A stretch of DNA of 64,000 nucleotides from an uncultured Acidimicrobiia bacterium (GTDB taxonomy: Bacteria; Actinomycetota; Acidimicrobiia; IMCC26256; PALSA-555). The notes under the pieces are model-generated. The model saw nothing but the letters and a program-made list of their open reading frames with translations. It made no database searches and had not been told where the DNA came from. The stretch spans positions 491,830 through 555,829 of the forward strand of contig CAVRGH010000010.1 of assembly GCA_963720675.1 (NCBI GenBank), in the 5' to 3' direction. Positions 50,938 through 60,902 of the stretch are shown here, piece after piece. The translations under genes were made by a program, and so were the position numbers. Numbering within the stretch: position 1 is the first letter of the stretch; each line of letters opens with the position of its first letter.

Positions 50938-52188
50938 TCAGGCGTCGATCAGGCGCCCGTGCAGGTAGTCGTCGTAGGCGGACAGGTCGAGGAAGCCGTG
51001 ACCGCTGTAGTTGAACAGGATCACGCGCTCCTCGCCCGACTCCTTCGCGGCCAGCGCCTCGTCGATCGCGGCGCGGATCGCGTGCCCGGTCTCGGGCGCA
51101 GGGATCTTCCCCTCGGCGTTCGCGAACTGGATCGCGGCCTCGAACGTCTTGCCCTGCGGGTACGCGACCGCTTCCATGCGCCCGGCGCGCACGAGCGACG
51201 AGATGATCGGCGAGTCACCGTGGTAGCGGAGCCCACCGGCGTGGATCGACGGCGGGATGAAGTCGTGGCCCAGCGTGTACATCGGCATGAGCGGCGTCAT
51301 GCCCGCGGTGTCCCCGAAGTCGTACTCGAACGTCCCCTCGGTGAGGGTCGGGCACGACGACGGCTCGACGGCCACCAGCCGCACCGAGGCGTCCGGCACG
51401 AACGGCAGCGCGATCCCGCCGAGGTTGCTGCCACCGCCGCACGAACCGATCACGACGTCGGGCAGCGTCTCGCCCGCGAGGCCGAGCTGCTCCTTCGCCT
51501 CGAGCCCGATCACCGTCTGGTGGAGGAGCACGTGGTTGAGCACGCTCCCCAACGAGTAGTGCGTGTCGTCTCGCGCCACCGCGTCGCGCACCGCGTCGCT
51601 GATGGCGAGCCCGAGCGAGCCCGGGTGGTCCGGCTCGTCGACCGGTGACGGTACGACCTCACCACCCCAGGTCTCCATGAGGATCCGGCGGTACGGCTTC
51701 TGGTCGTACGACGCCCGGACCATGTACACCTTGCACTCGAGGTCGAACTGTCGACACACGAACGCGAGTGCGCTCCCCCACTGCCCCGCGCCGGTCTCGG
51801 TGGCCAGCCGTGTCGAGCCCTCGGCCTTGTTGTAGAAGGCCTGGGCCACCGCGGTGTTCGGCTTGTGCGAACCCGCGGGCGAGACCGACTCGTCCTTGTA
51901 GTAGATCCGCGCCGGGGTGCCGAGCGCGCGCTCCAGCCGTTCGGCGCGCACGAGCGGCGTCGGCCGCCAGAGGCGCAGGATGTCGAGCACCTCGCCGGGG
52001 ATGTCGATCCAAGGTTCGGCCGCCATCTCCTGGGCGATGAGCGCCATCGGGAACAGTGGTGCGAGATCGTCGGGCCCGACGGGCTCGCGCGTGGCCGGGT
52101 GCAGCGGTGGCTGCATCGGCTCGGGCATCGCGGGCGCGACGTTGTACCAGGCCGTGGGCATCTGGTCCTCGGACAAGAGGTAGCGCAT
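50938..52188 (-). CDS. trpB2: TrpB2-type tryptophan synthase beta-like protein
   Basis: ATG 52188 overlaps the trpC stop (TGATG) after [32 protein letters not shown]...[12 protein letters not shown]...GGGSNLGG, with the long N-terminal region typical of TrpB2. Confidence 0.85.
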   Translation of the reverse strand: MRYLLSEDQMPTAWYNVAPAMPEPMQPPLHPATREPVGPDDLAPLFPMALIAQEMAAEPWIDIPGEVLDILRLWRPTPLVRAERLERALGTPARIYYKDESVSPAGSHKPNTAVAQAFYNKAEGSTRLATETGAGQWGSALAFVCRQFDLECKVYMVRASYDQKPYRRILMETWGGEVVPSPVDEPDHPGSLGLAISDAVRDAVARDDTHYSLGSVLNHVLLHQTVIGLEAKEQLGLAGETLPDVVIGSCGGGSNLGGIALPFVPDASVRLVAVEPSSCPTLTEGTFEYDFGDTAGMTPLMPMYTLGHDFIPPSIHAGGLRYHGDSPIISSLVRAGRMEAVAYPQGKTFEAAIQFANAEGKIPAPETGHAIRAAIDEALAAKESGEERVILFNYSGHGFLDLSAYDDYLHGRLIDA

Positions 52189-53015
52189 CAGTCCTCCCCC
52201 TGTTTCGACGGGTCGGTCTCGATCTGGGTGAACGCACGGACGAGTGCAGTCGGATCCTCGGCGCGCACGAGTGCCTCGCCCACGAGCACCGCGTCGAAGC
52301 CGGCTTCGGCCATGCGACGCGCGTCGTCGACGGACCGGATCGCGCTCTCGGCGACGCTCAGCACCTCCACCGGCAGCTTCGCGACGAGTCGCTCCCCCAC
52401 CGACAGGTCTTCGGCAAAGGTGCCGAGGTCGCGCGCGTTGATCCCGGTGATGGTGGCGCCCGCCGCCAGCGCACGGTCGAGCTCCCACTCGTCGTGCGCC
52501 TCCACCAGGACCGACAACCCGAGCTCGGTCGCGAGTGCGTGTAGGTCGTGCAGGTGCGCGTCGTCGGGCAGGGCGGCGACGATCAGGAGGATCGCATCGG
52601 CACCGATGCCGCGCGTCTCGTACACCTGGTCCTCGTCGATCGTGAAGTCCTTGCGCAGCACCGGGGTCGTCCCGGCCGCGCCCCGCGCTCCCTGCAGGTC
52701 GGCGACCGAACCGCCGAAGTAGGGGCCATCGGTGAGGACCGAGAGGCACGTGGCCCCGCCCTGCTCGTACGCCGTTGCGGTGGCCGGTGCGTCGAGGTCG
52801 GGAGCGAGATCGCCCTTCGACGGCGACCGCCGCTTGATCTCGGCGATGACGCCGAGGCGCCCATCGACCCGGGACACCTCGCGGAGGCGATCCTCGAACC
52901 CCCGCGTCGGCCCCGCACCGAGCGCAGCCGTGCGGATCGCGGAGCGCGTCGGGGGCTGGTGCAGCACCGTGACCTCGTCGCGCTTGGTCTCGAGGATCTC
53001 GTCCAGCACGCTCAT
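52188..53015 (-). CDS. trpC: Indole-3-glycerol phosphate synthase
   Basis: Internal ATG 53015. [15 protein letters not shown]...[13 protein letters not shown]...[13 protein letters not shown]...[12 protein letters not shown]...VLVEAHD...GINARDL. Confidence 0.9.
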   Translation of the reverse strand: MSVLDEILETKRDEVTVLHQPPTRSAIRTAALGAGPTRGFEDRLREVSRVDGRLGVIAEIKRRSPSKGDLAPDLDAPATATAYEQGGATCLSVLTDGPYFGGSVADLQGARGAAGTTPVLRKDFTIDEDQVYETRGIGADAILLIVAALPDDAHLHDLHALATELGLSVLVEAHDEWELDRALAAGATITGINARDLGTFAEDLSVGERLVAKLPVEVLSVAESAIRSVDDARRMAEAGFDAVLVGEALVRAEDPTALVRAFTQIETDPSKQGED

Positions 53016-53073
53016 GGCGGCGTCAGTCTGACAGATGGGAGGCCGGCACCCCACGGAGATGCGAGCATGCGGC

Positions 53074-54462
53074 ATGGACCGGCGACGCCTCTCGATCGGG
53101 CTCATGCTCGACGTGGGGGTCATCGCGTTCGAGGCCCTGGCGGTCGCGACGATCGCGCCGCGGGTCGCGCGCGACCTCGACGGGATCGAGCTCTACGGCT
53201 GGCTCTTCGCCGCGTTCATGCTGGCGAACCTCGTCAGCGTCGTGGTCGCGGGCCACGCGTCGGACCGGTTCGGGCCCGCGCCACCCTTCGCCGTCGGCCT
53301 GCTGTTGTTCACCGCCGGGTTGGTGCTCGGCGGGTTGGCGCCGTCGATGCCGGTGCTCGTCCTGGCGCGCGCGGTGCAGGGGCTCGGGGCCGGCGCGCTC
53401 CTGTCGACGGCGTACGTCGCCATCGGTCGCGCGTTCGACGAGTCGGAGCGGCCGCGGCAGTTCGCGCTCCTGTCGACCGCGTGGGTCATCCCCGGACTCA
53501 TCGCGCCCGCACTCGCCGGCGTGATCGCCCAGCAGCTCGGTTGGCGGTTCGTGTTCCTCGGCCTCGCCGGCCTCCCCGTGATCGCGGGCTGGCTGTGCTT
53601 CCCAGCGATGCGCGCGCTCGGCAAGAGCGAGACCGCGCACGACGGCGCGCTGCCGGTCGGGGCCGCGCTCCGCCTGGCCGCGGGCGCCGGTCTCGTGATC
53701 GGAGGACTCAGTGCGGACTCGATCGTCGTCGCGGTGCTCCTCGCCGCGGCCGGGCTCGTAGTGGGCGTTCCTGCGTTCATGCGCCTCACCCCGCCGGGGA
53801 CGGTGCGGGCCCGTCCCGGGCTGCCCGCCGCGATCGCGAGCCGAGGGCTCCAGACCTTCGCGTTCTTCGGCGCCGACGCGTTCCTCGCCCTCGCGCTTGC
53901 ACGCGTGCGTGGCCTGTCGCCGATCGAGGTCGGCATCGTGCTGACGCCGGCCACGCTCACCTGGACGTGCGGCTCGTGGCTCCAGGCGCGTCGGGCCGGG
54001 CTGACCAGCCGCCGAACCCTGGCGACGGTCGGCGCGATCCTGGTCGCCCTCGGCACCGCACTGGGTGCGACGGTGCTGATCCCCGAAGTCCCGATCTGGG
54101 TCGCGGGCATCGCGTGGGGCATCTCGGGGCTCGGGATGGGGATGTCCTACAGCACGACGTCGTTGGTGGTGCTGTCCGAGGCCCACGACGGCGGGCAGGG
54201 TGTCGCCACGTCTGCGCTCCAGGTGAGCGACGTGCTCGGCACCGCCCTCGGTACCGGCATCGGCGGCGCGATCGTCGCCGTCGCGATCTCCTCGGGCTGG
54301 GCGCGGCGCGATGGGCTCGGCGTCGTGTTCACGCTCATGGTCGTCGTCGCGAGCTTCGCGTGGTTCACCGCGCGCCGATTCCCCCGCGACCCGACGCAGC
54401 CGCTCGAGGCGTCGGCCCCCGAGCCGGCCCTACGATCCGAGCATGACGACGACGTTCCCTGA
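53074..54462 (+). CDS. MFS transporter (drug/H+ antiporter-like)
   Basis: ORF 53035..54462 with 12-14 predicted TM segments and SDRFGPAPPF / LARAVQGLGAGAL MFS motifs. Start could be 53035 or ATG 53074. Confidence 0.8.
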   Translation: MDRRRLSIGLMLDVGVIAFEALAVATIAPRVARDLDGIELYGWLFAAFMLANLVSVVVAGHASDRFGPAPPFAVGLLLFTAGLVLGGLAPSMPVLVLARAVQGLGAGALLSTAYVAIGRAFDESERPRQFALLSTAWVIPGLIAPALAGVIAQQLGWRFVFLGLAGLPVIAGWLCFPAMRALGKSETAHDGALPVGAALRLAAGAGLVIGGLSADSIVVAVLLAAAGLVVGVPAFMRLTPPGTVRARPGLPAAIASRGLQTFAFFGADAFLALALARVRGLSPIEVGIVLTPATLTWTCGSWLQARRAGLTSRRTLATVGAILVALGTALGATVLIPEVPIWVAGIAWGISGLGMGMSYSTTSLVVLSEAHDGGQGVATSALQVSDVLGTALGTGIGGAIVAVAISSGWARRDGLGVVFTLMVVVASFAWFTARRFPRDPTQPLEASAPEPALRSEHDDDVP

Positions 54463-55627
54463 CGGGTTCCTGTGGGGCACCGCGACCGCCGCTCACCAGG
54501 TCGAAGGCGCGAACTGGAACAACGACTGGTGGGCGTGGGAACACGCCGACGGCACCGCGTGCGTCGAGGTGTCGGGTGACGCGTGCGACCACTACTGGCG
54601 CTATCCCTCGGACCTCGACCTCCTGCGCGACCTCGGCTTCGGTTCGTACCGGTTCTCGCTCGAGTGGTCGCGCATCGAACCCGAGGAAGGTGAGTGGTCG
54701 CTCGCGCAGCTCGACCACTACTCCCGGATGCTCGATGCGTGCGTCGAGCGTGACCTGTTGCCTGTCGTCACCTTCCACCACTTCACGACACCGCGCTGGG
54801 CGGCGGCCGATGGCGGCTGGACGAACCCCGTGACCGCCGAGCGGTTCGCGCGCTTCTGTGAGCGGGCGGTCGACCGGCTCGGGGATCGCATCGGGATGGC
54901 CTGCACGATCAACGAGCCGAACGTCGTCTCCACGATCGGCTACCTGGTCGGCGCGTTCCCGCCCGGGAAGGTCCAGGATCTCGACGGGTACGTGCGCGCG
55001 ACCGAGACGCTCGTCGCCGCGCACGGCCGCGCGTTCGAGGCGCTGAAGGCGGGGCCCGGCGACTTCCCCGTCGGACTCACGCTGTCGATGAGCGACTGGG
55101 GGGCCGAACCCGGCCACGAGGACAAGATCGAGGAGTACCGGGCCCACCACGAGGACGTGTACCTCGAGGCGGCGCGCGGCGATGACTACTTCGGCGTGCA
55201 GGCGTACTCGCGGACACGCGTCGGCGCCGACGGCGTACTCGGACCAGAGCCGGGGGTCGAGGTGCTCCCCATGGGCTACGAGTACTGGCCGACCGCGGCG
55301 GAGGCGGCGATCCGCCATGCGGCCGAGATCGTGGACATCCCGCTGTACGTCACGGAGAACGGCATCGGTACCGACGACGACGACCAGCGCGTCGGCTACC
55401 TCCGGGAGTCGCTCGAGGGGGTGGCCCGCACGATCGCGGACGGGCTCGACGTCCGGGGCTTCTTCCACTGGTCGCTCCTCGACAACTTCGAGTGGGCCTT
55501 CGGCTACCAGATGCGCTTCGGCCTCGTCGGCGTCGACCGCACCACGCAGGAGCGCGCGGTGAAGCCCAGCGCCCGCTGGCTCAGCGAGGTCGTGCGCGCC
55601 AACCGCCTCGACGACTCACCCGGCTAG
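54443..55627 (+). CDS. bglA: GH1 beta-glucosidase
   Basis: FPDGFLWGTATAAHQVEG...YRFSLEWSRIEP...TINEPNV...YVTENGIG...HWSLLDNFEW, GH1 signatures including both catalytic Glu motifs. Confidence 0.9.
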   Translation: MTTTFPDGFLWGTATAAHQVEGANWNNDWWAWEHADGTACVEVSGDACDHYWRYPSDLDLLRDLGFGSYRFSLEWSRIEPEEGEWSLAQLDHYSRMLDACVERDLLPVVTFHHFTTPRWAAADGGWTNPVTAERFARFCERAVDRLGDRIGMACTINEPNVVSTIGYLVGAFPPGKVQDLDGYVRATETLVAAHGRAFEALKAGPGDFPVGLTLSMSDWGAEPGHEDKIEEYRAHHEDVYLEAARGDDYFGVQAYSRTRVGADGVLGPEPGVEVLPMGYEYWPTAAEAAIRHAAEIVDIPLYVTENGIGTDDDDQRVGYLRESLEGVARTIADGLDVRGFFHWSLLDNFEWAFGYQMRFGLVGVDRTTQERAVKPSARWLSEVVRANRLDDSPG

Positions 55628-55724
55628 CGCGGGGGCCGCCCTCACACGCACCTCATCGTTCCTTCACACTCCTGCGGGATGCTGTTCGCCGTACGCCCCA
55701 CCGAACCGAACCGGGGCGGACAGA

Positions 55725-56426
55725 ATGAGGACCGTGGACGGCAAGGGAACGATCGTCGTGGTCGACGACGAGGCCAACATCGCCGACCTCGTCGGCATGT
55801 ACCTCGAGCGGGACGGCTTCCGCGTGCTGAAGGCAGCCACCGGCGACGCCGGGCTCGAGGCCTTCCAGACGCACCGACCCCGGCTCGTGGTGCTCGACGT
55901 GGGACTCCCCGACATCGACGGGCTCGAGGTGTGCAAGCAGATCCGCCGCACCTCGCAGGTGCCGGTGATCTTCCTCACCGCGCGCGACGGCGAGGTCGAT
56001 CGCGTCCTGGGCCTCGAGCTCGGCGCCGACGACTACCTCACGAAGCCCTTCTCCCCCGCCGAGCTCGTCGCGCGCGTGAAGGCAGTCCTGCGCCGCACCG
56101 ACGGTGCTCCGCCACCCGAGGTCGTGCAGGCCGGCCGGGTCACCATCGACGGCGGCCGGCGGGAGATCCGCGTCGACGAGGTGCCGGTCGAGCTCACCAC
56201 CAAGGAGTTCGAGCTCCTCCGCTTCCTCGCCGAACGCCCCGGGCTCGCGCTCTCGCGCCAGCAGATCCTCGACGGCGTCTGGGGTCACGACTGGTTCGGC
56301 GACGCGCGCACGGTCGACGTGCACATCGCGCAGGTCCGGAAGAAGCTCGGCGACGCGATCTCGATCACGACGGTCCGCGGCGTCGGCTACCGGCTCGAAT
56401 CGGGTGGCGGCGAGCCCGGCTCGTGA
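55725..56426 (+). CDS. OmpR-family response regulator
   Basis: Receiver (IVVVDDEANIADLV...VLDVGLPDIDG...LTKPF) plus a winged-helix output domain (LTTKEFELLRFLAERPG...VDVHIAQVRKKL...VRGVGYRL). Confidence 0.9.
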   Translation: MRTVDGKGTIVVVDDEANIADLVGMYLERDGFRVLKAATGDAGLEAFQTHRPRLVVLDVGLPDIDGLEVCKQIRRTSQVPVIFLTARDGEVDRVLGLELGADDYLTKPFSPAELVARVKAVLRRTDGAPPPEVVQAGRVTIDGGRREIRVDEVPVELTTKEFELLRFLAERPGLALSRQQILDGVWGHDWFGDARTVDVHIAQVRKKLGDAISITTVRGVGYRLESGGGEPGS

Positions 56427-57916
56427 GGCGCCCGCGCCGGCGACTGCGGACCCGGCTGCTGGTTGCGATGGTCGGCATCGCGTTCGGTGTGCTCGTCGTC
56501 GCCGCCCTCGGTGCCGCGGGCCTCGCACGCGAGACGGCAAAGGACGCCGCGGTCAAGGATCTGCAGGTGCAGGCCCCTTCCGTTGGCGCGGAGCTCGAAG
56601 ACCTCGGCACCCGGTTCCGGCAGGCCCGGCGCACGGTCCAGGACCTCGGGCCGACGCAGGCCGCGAACCGCCGCACCAACCTCCTCTTCGCGTGCCGCCT
56701 GATCGGTTCGACGGTGAAGCTCTCCAGCGGGAGCGTCGTGGTCGTCGGCGAGGACGGAAGCGTCGAGGACGGCGTCGGAGGGCTGCTGGGCGAGGCGTGC
56801 GCGGCGCGGGCATCGACGCCCGAGCTGCCCCGCGACCTCCGCCTCGACGACCTCGACACCGCCAAGCTCGGACTCGGGGAGTTGCAGACCGGCGTCCGCG
56901 ACAGCACGGCGTTCGTCGCCCAACCACTCACGCCGGTCGCGGGCAAGACCCCGGTGCTCGTGCTGACCCAGCAGGTCGAGACCCGACCACTGGGACGCGC
57001 CGGCAACTACCTGCTGGGCACCGGCGCGTTCGCGCTCTTCGTCGCCGCCGTCGTCGCCGCGATCCTCGCCCGGCGCCTCACTCGGCCGATCGCCGCGATG
57101 CAGACCACGGCGGGGCGCATCGCCGCCGGCGACCTCTCGGCCCGGGTCGACACCTCGTCGATGCCCGACGACGAGCTCGCGAGCCTCGCGCGCAGCATCG
57201 ACACCATGGCCGAAGAGCTCGAGAGCGCGCGCGGTCACGAGCGCGCGTTCCTCCTGAGCATCTCGCATGATCTCCGGACGCCGCTGACGTCGATCAAGGG
57301 CTACGCCGAGGCAATGTCGGACGGCACGATCGAGTCGGATCCCGACCGCGTGCGCGCGGCGCAGGTGATCATGAGCGAGTCACAACGACTGGAGCGCCTC
57401 GTTGCGGATCTCCTCGACCTCGCGCGGCTCGACGCGCACCAGTTCTCGCTCGCCCCGCGGCTCGTCGACGCACGGGCGGTCGTCCGTGCCACGGTCGAGG
57501 GCTTCCTCCCGTCGGCCCGCGACTGGGAGATCGGGCTCCAGTTCGGCACGGGCGAGCCGGCGGAGGCCACGCTGGACCCGGAACGGTTGGGGCAGGTGGT
57601 CGCGAACCTGGTCGAGAACGCCCTGAAGTACGCGCGCACGAGCGTGCTCGTGGAGGTCACCACGAGCGCCACCCACCTCGCGCTGTACGTCGACGACGAC
57701 GGGCCCGGTGTCCCCGACGACGAGCGGGACCGGGTCTTCGAGCGCCTCTACACCGCGCGGGGCGCGCCGAGCCGTTCGCTCGGCACCGGCATCGGGCTCG
57801 CGATCGTGCACGAGCTGACCGCCGCCATGGGTGGGGACGCCGGCTGCGAGCCCTTGCCGAACGGGGGCACCCGCTTCGTCGTCATCGTGCCCCGAACGCC
57901 CCGGCCACCGACCTGA
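56423..57916 (+). CDS. Sensor histidine kinase (HAMP-HisKA-HATPase_c)
   Basis: GTGA overlap with the regulator stop. Two TM segments, HAMP, H-box FLLSISHDLRTPLTSIKGY, N/G boxes (VENALKYA, DDGPGV, GTGIGLAIV). Confidence 0.88.
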   Translation: MRRPRRRLRTRLLVAMVGIAFGVLVVAALGAAGLARETAKDAAVKDLQVQAPSVGAELEDLGTRFRQARRTVQDLGPTQAANRRTNLLFACRLIGSTVKLSSGSVVVVGEDGSVEDGVGGLLGEACAARASTPELPRDLRLDDLDTAKLGLGELQTGVRDSTAFVAQPLTPVAGKTPVLVLTQQVETRPLGRAGNYLLGTGAFALFVAAVVAAILARRLTRPIAAMQTTAGRIAAGDLSARVDTSSMPDDELASLARSIDTMAEELESARGHERAFLLSISHDLRTPLTSIKGYAEAMSDGTIESDPDRVRAAQVIMSESQRLERLVADLLDLARLDAHQFSLAPRLVDARAVVRATVEGFLPSARDWEIGLQFGTGEPAEATLDPERLGQVVANLVENALKYARTSVLVEVTTSATHLALYVDDDGPGVPDDERDRVFERLYTARGAPSRSLGTGIGLAIVHELTAAMGGDAGCEPLPNGGTRFVVIVPRTPRPPT

Positions 57917-57931
57917 CCCGCACCGCCCGGC

Positions 57932-58855
57932 TCAGGGGAGATCGGTGAGTCGTGCCGCGACGTCGCCGGTCGGCCCCTGCACGGTCACGTCGGCGGGCGG
58001 TTCGACCTCGCGTCGGACCATGGCGAGCGCGACGGCGCGCTCTTCACCCGGCACCGCGGCGACGCTGGTGAGCTCCCCCACGGCCTTCCCGTCGACCGCG
58101 ACCGACGCCCCGGGCGCCGGGACCGCAGGCCCGGGGATCTCGAGCCTCCGGAGGAACCGGTTGACGTGTCCTCGCGTGTCGATCCGGCACACGAGCTCCT
58201 GGCCGAGGAAGCAGCCCTTCGTGAACGAGACCGCGTCCCGCTCGAGCGCAGCCTCCTGCGGGATGGTCCGGTCGTCGATGTCGACGCCGAGGCGCGGGAT
58301 CCCCGCCTCGATGCGCGCGACCTCGTAGGCACCGGGCGCGAACGGTTCGACGCCGCTGCCGACCAACGAGTCGCGGAGCGCCTGGATCTCGGCGGACGGA
58401 GCGAGCACGTCGACGCCGTGCACGGTCGGCCAGTCGGCGCGGACGACCCGACCCGTCCGCCACGGGACGTGGGCGCGGTTCGTGTCGGGGACATCCACAC
58501 CGGTCGCGGCGGAGACTCGCGCCGGCGCGTCGGCGCCCCGGACCTCGAGGAGATCCCACGCGGTGGAGCGATCCTCGATGTCGGCCTTCACGCGGATGCG
58601 GTAGCGCGTGAGGCGCTCGGCCAGGGCCGGGCCGTACCCGGCCTCGCAATCGAGCCACCAGTCGGCGCCGACGTGGAGCGCGCGGAAGTCGACCTCGAGC
58701 TTCCCCTGCGGCGAGAGCAGCAGGCTGTGCGCGCCCGTTCCGTCGGGTACCACGTCGAGGTCCTGGGAGACGAGGCTCTGCAGGAACGAGGTGGCGTCGG
58801 GACCGGAGACCAGGACCGCGCCGTGGTCCGGTCGCTCGATCAGTCGTGTGCTCAT
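57932..58855 (-). CDS. ygfZ: YgfZ/GcvT-like folate-binding protein
   Basis: Internal ATG 58855 overlaps the trpE stop (ATGA). GAVLVSGPDATSFLQSLVSQDL...SFTKGCFLGQELVCRIDTRGHVNR (KGCYxGQE motif). Confidence 0.8.
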   Translation of the reverse strand: MSTRLIERPDHGAVLVSGPDATSFLQSLVSQDLDVVPDGTGAHSLLLSPQGKLEVDFRALHVGADWWLDCEAGYGPALAERLTRYRIRVKADIEDRSTAWDLLEVRGADAPARVSAATGVDVPDTNRAHVPWRTGRVVRADWPTVHGVDVLAPSAEIQALRDSLVGSGVEPFAPGAYEVARIEAGIPRLGVDIDDRTIPQEAALERDAVSFTKGCFLGQELVCRIDTRGHVNRFLRRLEIPGPAVPAPGASVAVDGKAVGELTSVAAVPGEERAVALAMVRREVEPPADVTVQGPTGDVAARLTDLP

Positions 58856-60396
58856 GTGCGTTCCGAGGTGAGGGGTGTCAGGCGGCGCGCAGCCGCGGCG
58901 GCAGTCAGGAGCGCCTTCGCCTTGTTGCGGCACTCGAGATCTTCGTCGGCCGGGTCGGAGTCCGCGACGATCCCCGCGCCTGCCGACACGCTCGCCTGGC
59001 CGCCGCGGAAGACCATCGTGCGGATCGCGATCGCGGTGTCGAGGTTCCCCGAGAAGTCGAGGTAGCCGACGACGCCGGCATACGGGCCGCGCTTGACCGG
59101 CTCGAGGTCGTCGATGATCTCCATCGCCCGCACTTTCGGTGCGCCACTGACGGTGCCGGCCGGGAAGGTCGCGCGGAGCACGTCGACCGCGCTGCGCCCG
59201 GCGGCGAGGTCGCCGGATGCCTGGCTGGTGAGGTGCATGACGTGCGAGTACCGCTCGAGCGACATCAGCTCGTCGACCTGTTCCGTCCCGAACTCCACGA
59301 CGCGTCCGATGTCGTTGCGTGCGAGATCGACGAGCATCACGTGCTCGGCGCGCTCCTTGGGGTTCTCCGCGAGCTCGGCACCGAGTCTGCGGTCGTGCTC
59401 GTCGTTCTGGCCGCGGAACCGGGTACCGGCGATCGGGCGGATGATCACGCGGCCATCGAGGACCTGCACCATGGGCTCCGGCGAGGAGCCGACGAGCGTC
59501 GCCTCGGGGTGCCGCACGACGTACATGTACGGCGACGGGTTCACCTGGCGGAGCACCCGGTACACGTCGAACGGGTCGAGCGTGCCCTCGATGTCGAAGC
59601 GCTGCGCGAGCACGACCTGGAAGATGTCGCCGGCGAGGATGTGCTCACGCGCGACCTCGACCGCCTGGCGATAGTGCTCACCGCCCATCGACGAGACCAC
59701 GTCGGGCAGCTCACCGAGGTCGTCGGCGGGCGGGCGCGACGGGATGTACGGCAGCGGCCGGGCGAGCTCGTCGACGAGGTCCTCGAGGCGAGCGACCGCG
59801 CGGTCGTAGGCCGCGTCGACCTCGGGTTCGGTCGCGCCAACCTGCGGCAGGAAGACGTTCTCGATCAGTGCGAGTCGCTGGCGGAAGTGGTCGAACGCGG
59901 TCACGTGGCCCGTGAGCGAGAGCACCGCGTCCGGGAGCCCCCGGTCGTCGGTCGGGACCGACGGCAGGTGCTCCACCTCGCGCACGACGTCGTAGCCGAG
60001 GTACCCGACGACGCCGCCATGGAACGGCGGGAGCTCCGGGATCTGCGGCGCGCGATGGAGCGCCAGCAGGGCCTCGAGCGCAGCCAGCGCGCCCTGGTCG
60101 CGCGGGACCTCCGCGGGGAGGACTCCGTCGACCTCGACCTGGCGGCCGCGCACGACCATCGTGCACGCAGGATCACGACCGAGGAACGAGAAGCGTCCCC
60201 ACCGTTGGCCGTGCTCGACCGACTCGAGCAGGAAGCCCGGGGCACCATCGGCCTCGGCGCCGACGAGCTTCACGAACGCCGAGACCGGCGTCTCCAGGTC
60301 TGCGAGCACCTCGCGCCACACCGGCACGACCGTGTGGTCGCGCGCCAGGGCACGAAAGTCCTCGCGGCTCGGCCGGATCGCGCCCGGGTCAGCCAC
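58852..60396 (-). CDS. trpE: Anthranilate synthase component I
   Basis: 514-aa ORF (GTG start) with LESVE...RFSF...; SPYMY; GGAYGGAV-like (RGPYAGVVGYLDFSGNLDTAIAIRT) chorismate-binding signatures. Confidence 0.93.
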   Translation of the reverse strand: MADPGAIRPSREDFRALARDHTVVPVWREVLADLETPVSAFVKLVGAEADGAPGFLLESVEHGQRWGRFSFLGRDPACTMVVRGRQVEVDGVLPAEVPRDQGALAALEALLALHRAPQIPELPPFHGGVVGYLGYDVVREVEHLPSVPTDDRGLPDAVLSLTGHVTAFDHFRQRLALIENVFLPQVGATEPEVDAAYDRAVARLEDLVDELARPLPYIPSRPPADDLGELPDVVSSMGGEHYRQAVEVAREHILAGDIFQVVLAQRFDIEGTLDPFDVYRVLRQVNPSPYMYVVRHPEATLVGSSPEPMVQVLDGRVIIRPIAGTRFRGQNDEHDRRLGAELAENPKERAEHVMLVDLARNDIGRVVEFGTEQVDELMSLERYSHVMHLTSQASGDLAAGRSAVDVLRATFPAGTVSGAPKVRAMEIIDDLEPVKRGPYAGVVGYLDFSGNLDTAIAIRTMVFRGGQASVSAGAGIVADSDPADEDLECRNKAKALLTAAAAARRLTPLTSERT

Positions 60397-60405
60397 GGGG
60401 CCGGC

Positions 60406-60777
60406 TCACCGGGGACCGGGCTCGGCGCCGCTCCCGAAGGCCCGGAAGAAGCAGGAGCGCTCCCCCGTGTGGCAGGCCCCCCGACCCTCCTGCTCGACGA
60501 CCAGCAGGATCGTGTCGGCGTCGCAGTCGTATCGGGCGTCACGCACCCACTGCCGGTCGCCGGAGGTGTCGCCCTTGCGCCACAGCTCCTGGCGGCTCCG
60601 GCTCCAGAAGACCGTGCGGCCCTCCTCGAGGGTCCGACGGAGCGAGTCCTCGTTCATCCACGCCAACATCAGCACCGTGCCGGTCCCGGCCTCCTGGACG
60701 ATCGCGGGGACGAGACCATCGTCGTTCCAGCGCACCGCGGCGAGCTCTTCCGGCGCATACGCGATCGGTGATGCCAT
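60406..60777 (-). CDS. hisI: Phosphoribosyl-AMP cyclohydrolase
   Basis: Internal ATG 60777. [25 protein letters not shown]...[17 protein letters not shown]...[25 protein letters not shown]. Confidence 0.9.
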   Translation of the reverse strand: MASPIAYAPEELAAVRWNDDGLVPAIVQEAGTGTVLMLAWMNEDSLRRTLEEGRTVFWSRSRQELWRKGDTSGDRQWVRDARYDCDADTILLVVEQEGRGACHTGERSCFFRAFGSGAEPGPR

Positions 60778-60902
60778 GCCCGGCGAGGGAGAGGGCGACG
60801 CGGGGGACGATGCGGTCATCGCCGATCGAGCGTAGCCGTCGACCTCCCGGACGCCGTCGGGGATTGACGCGCGCACGCGGACCGTCGAGACTGCCCCGCC
60901 CC

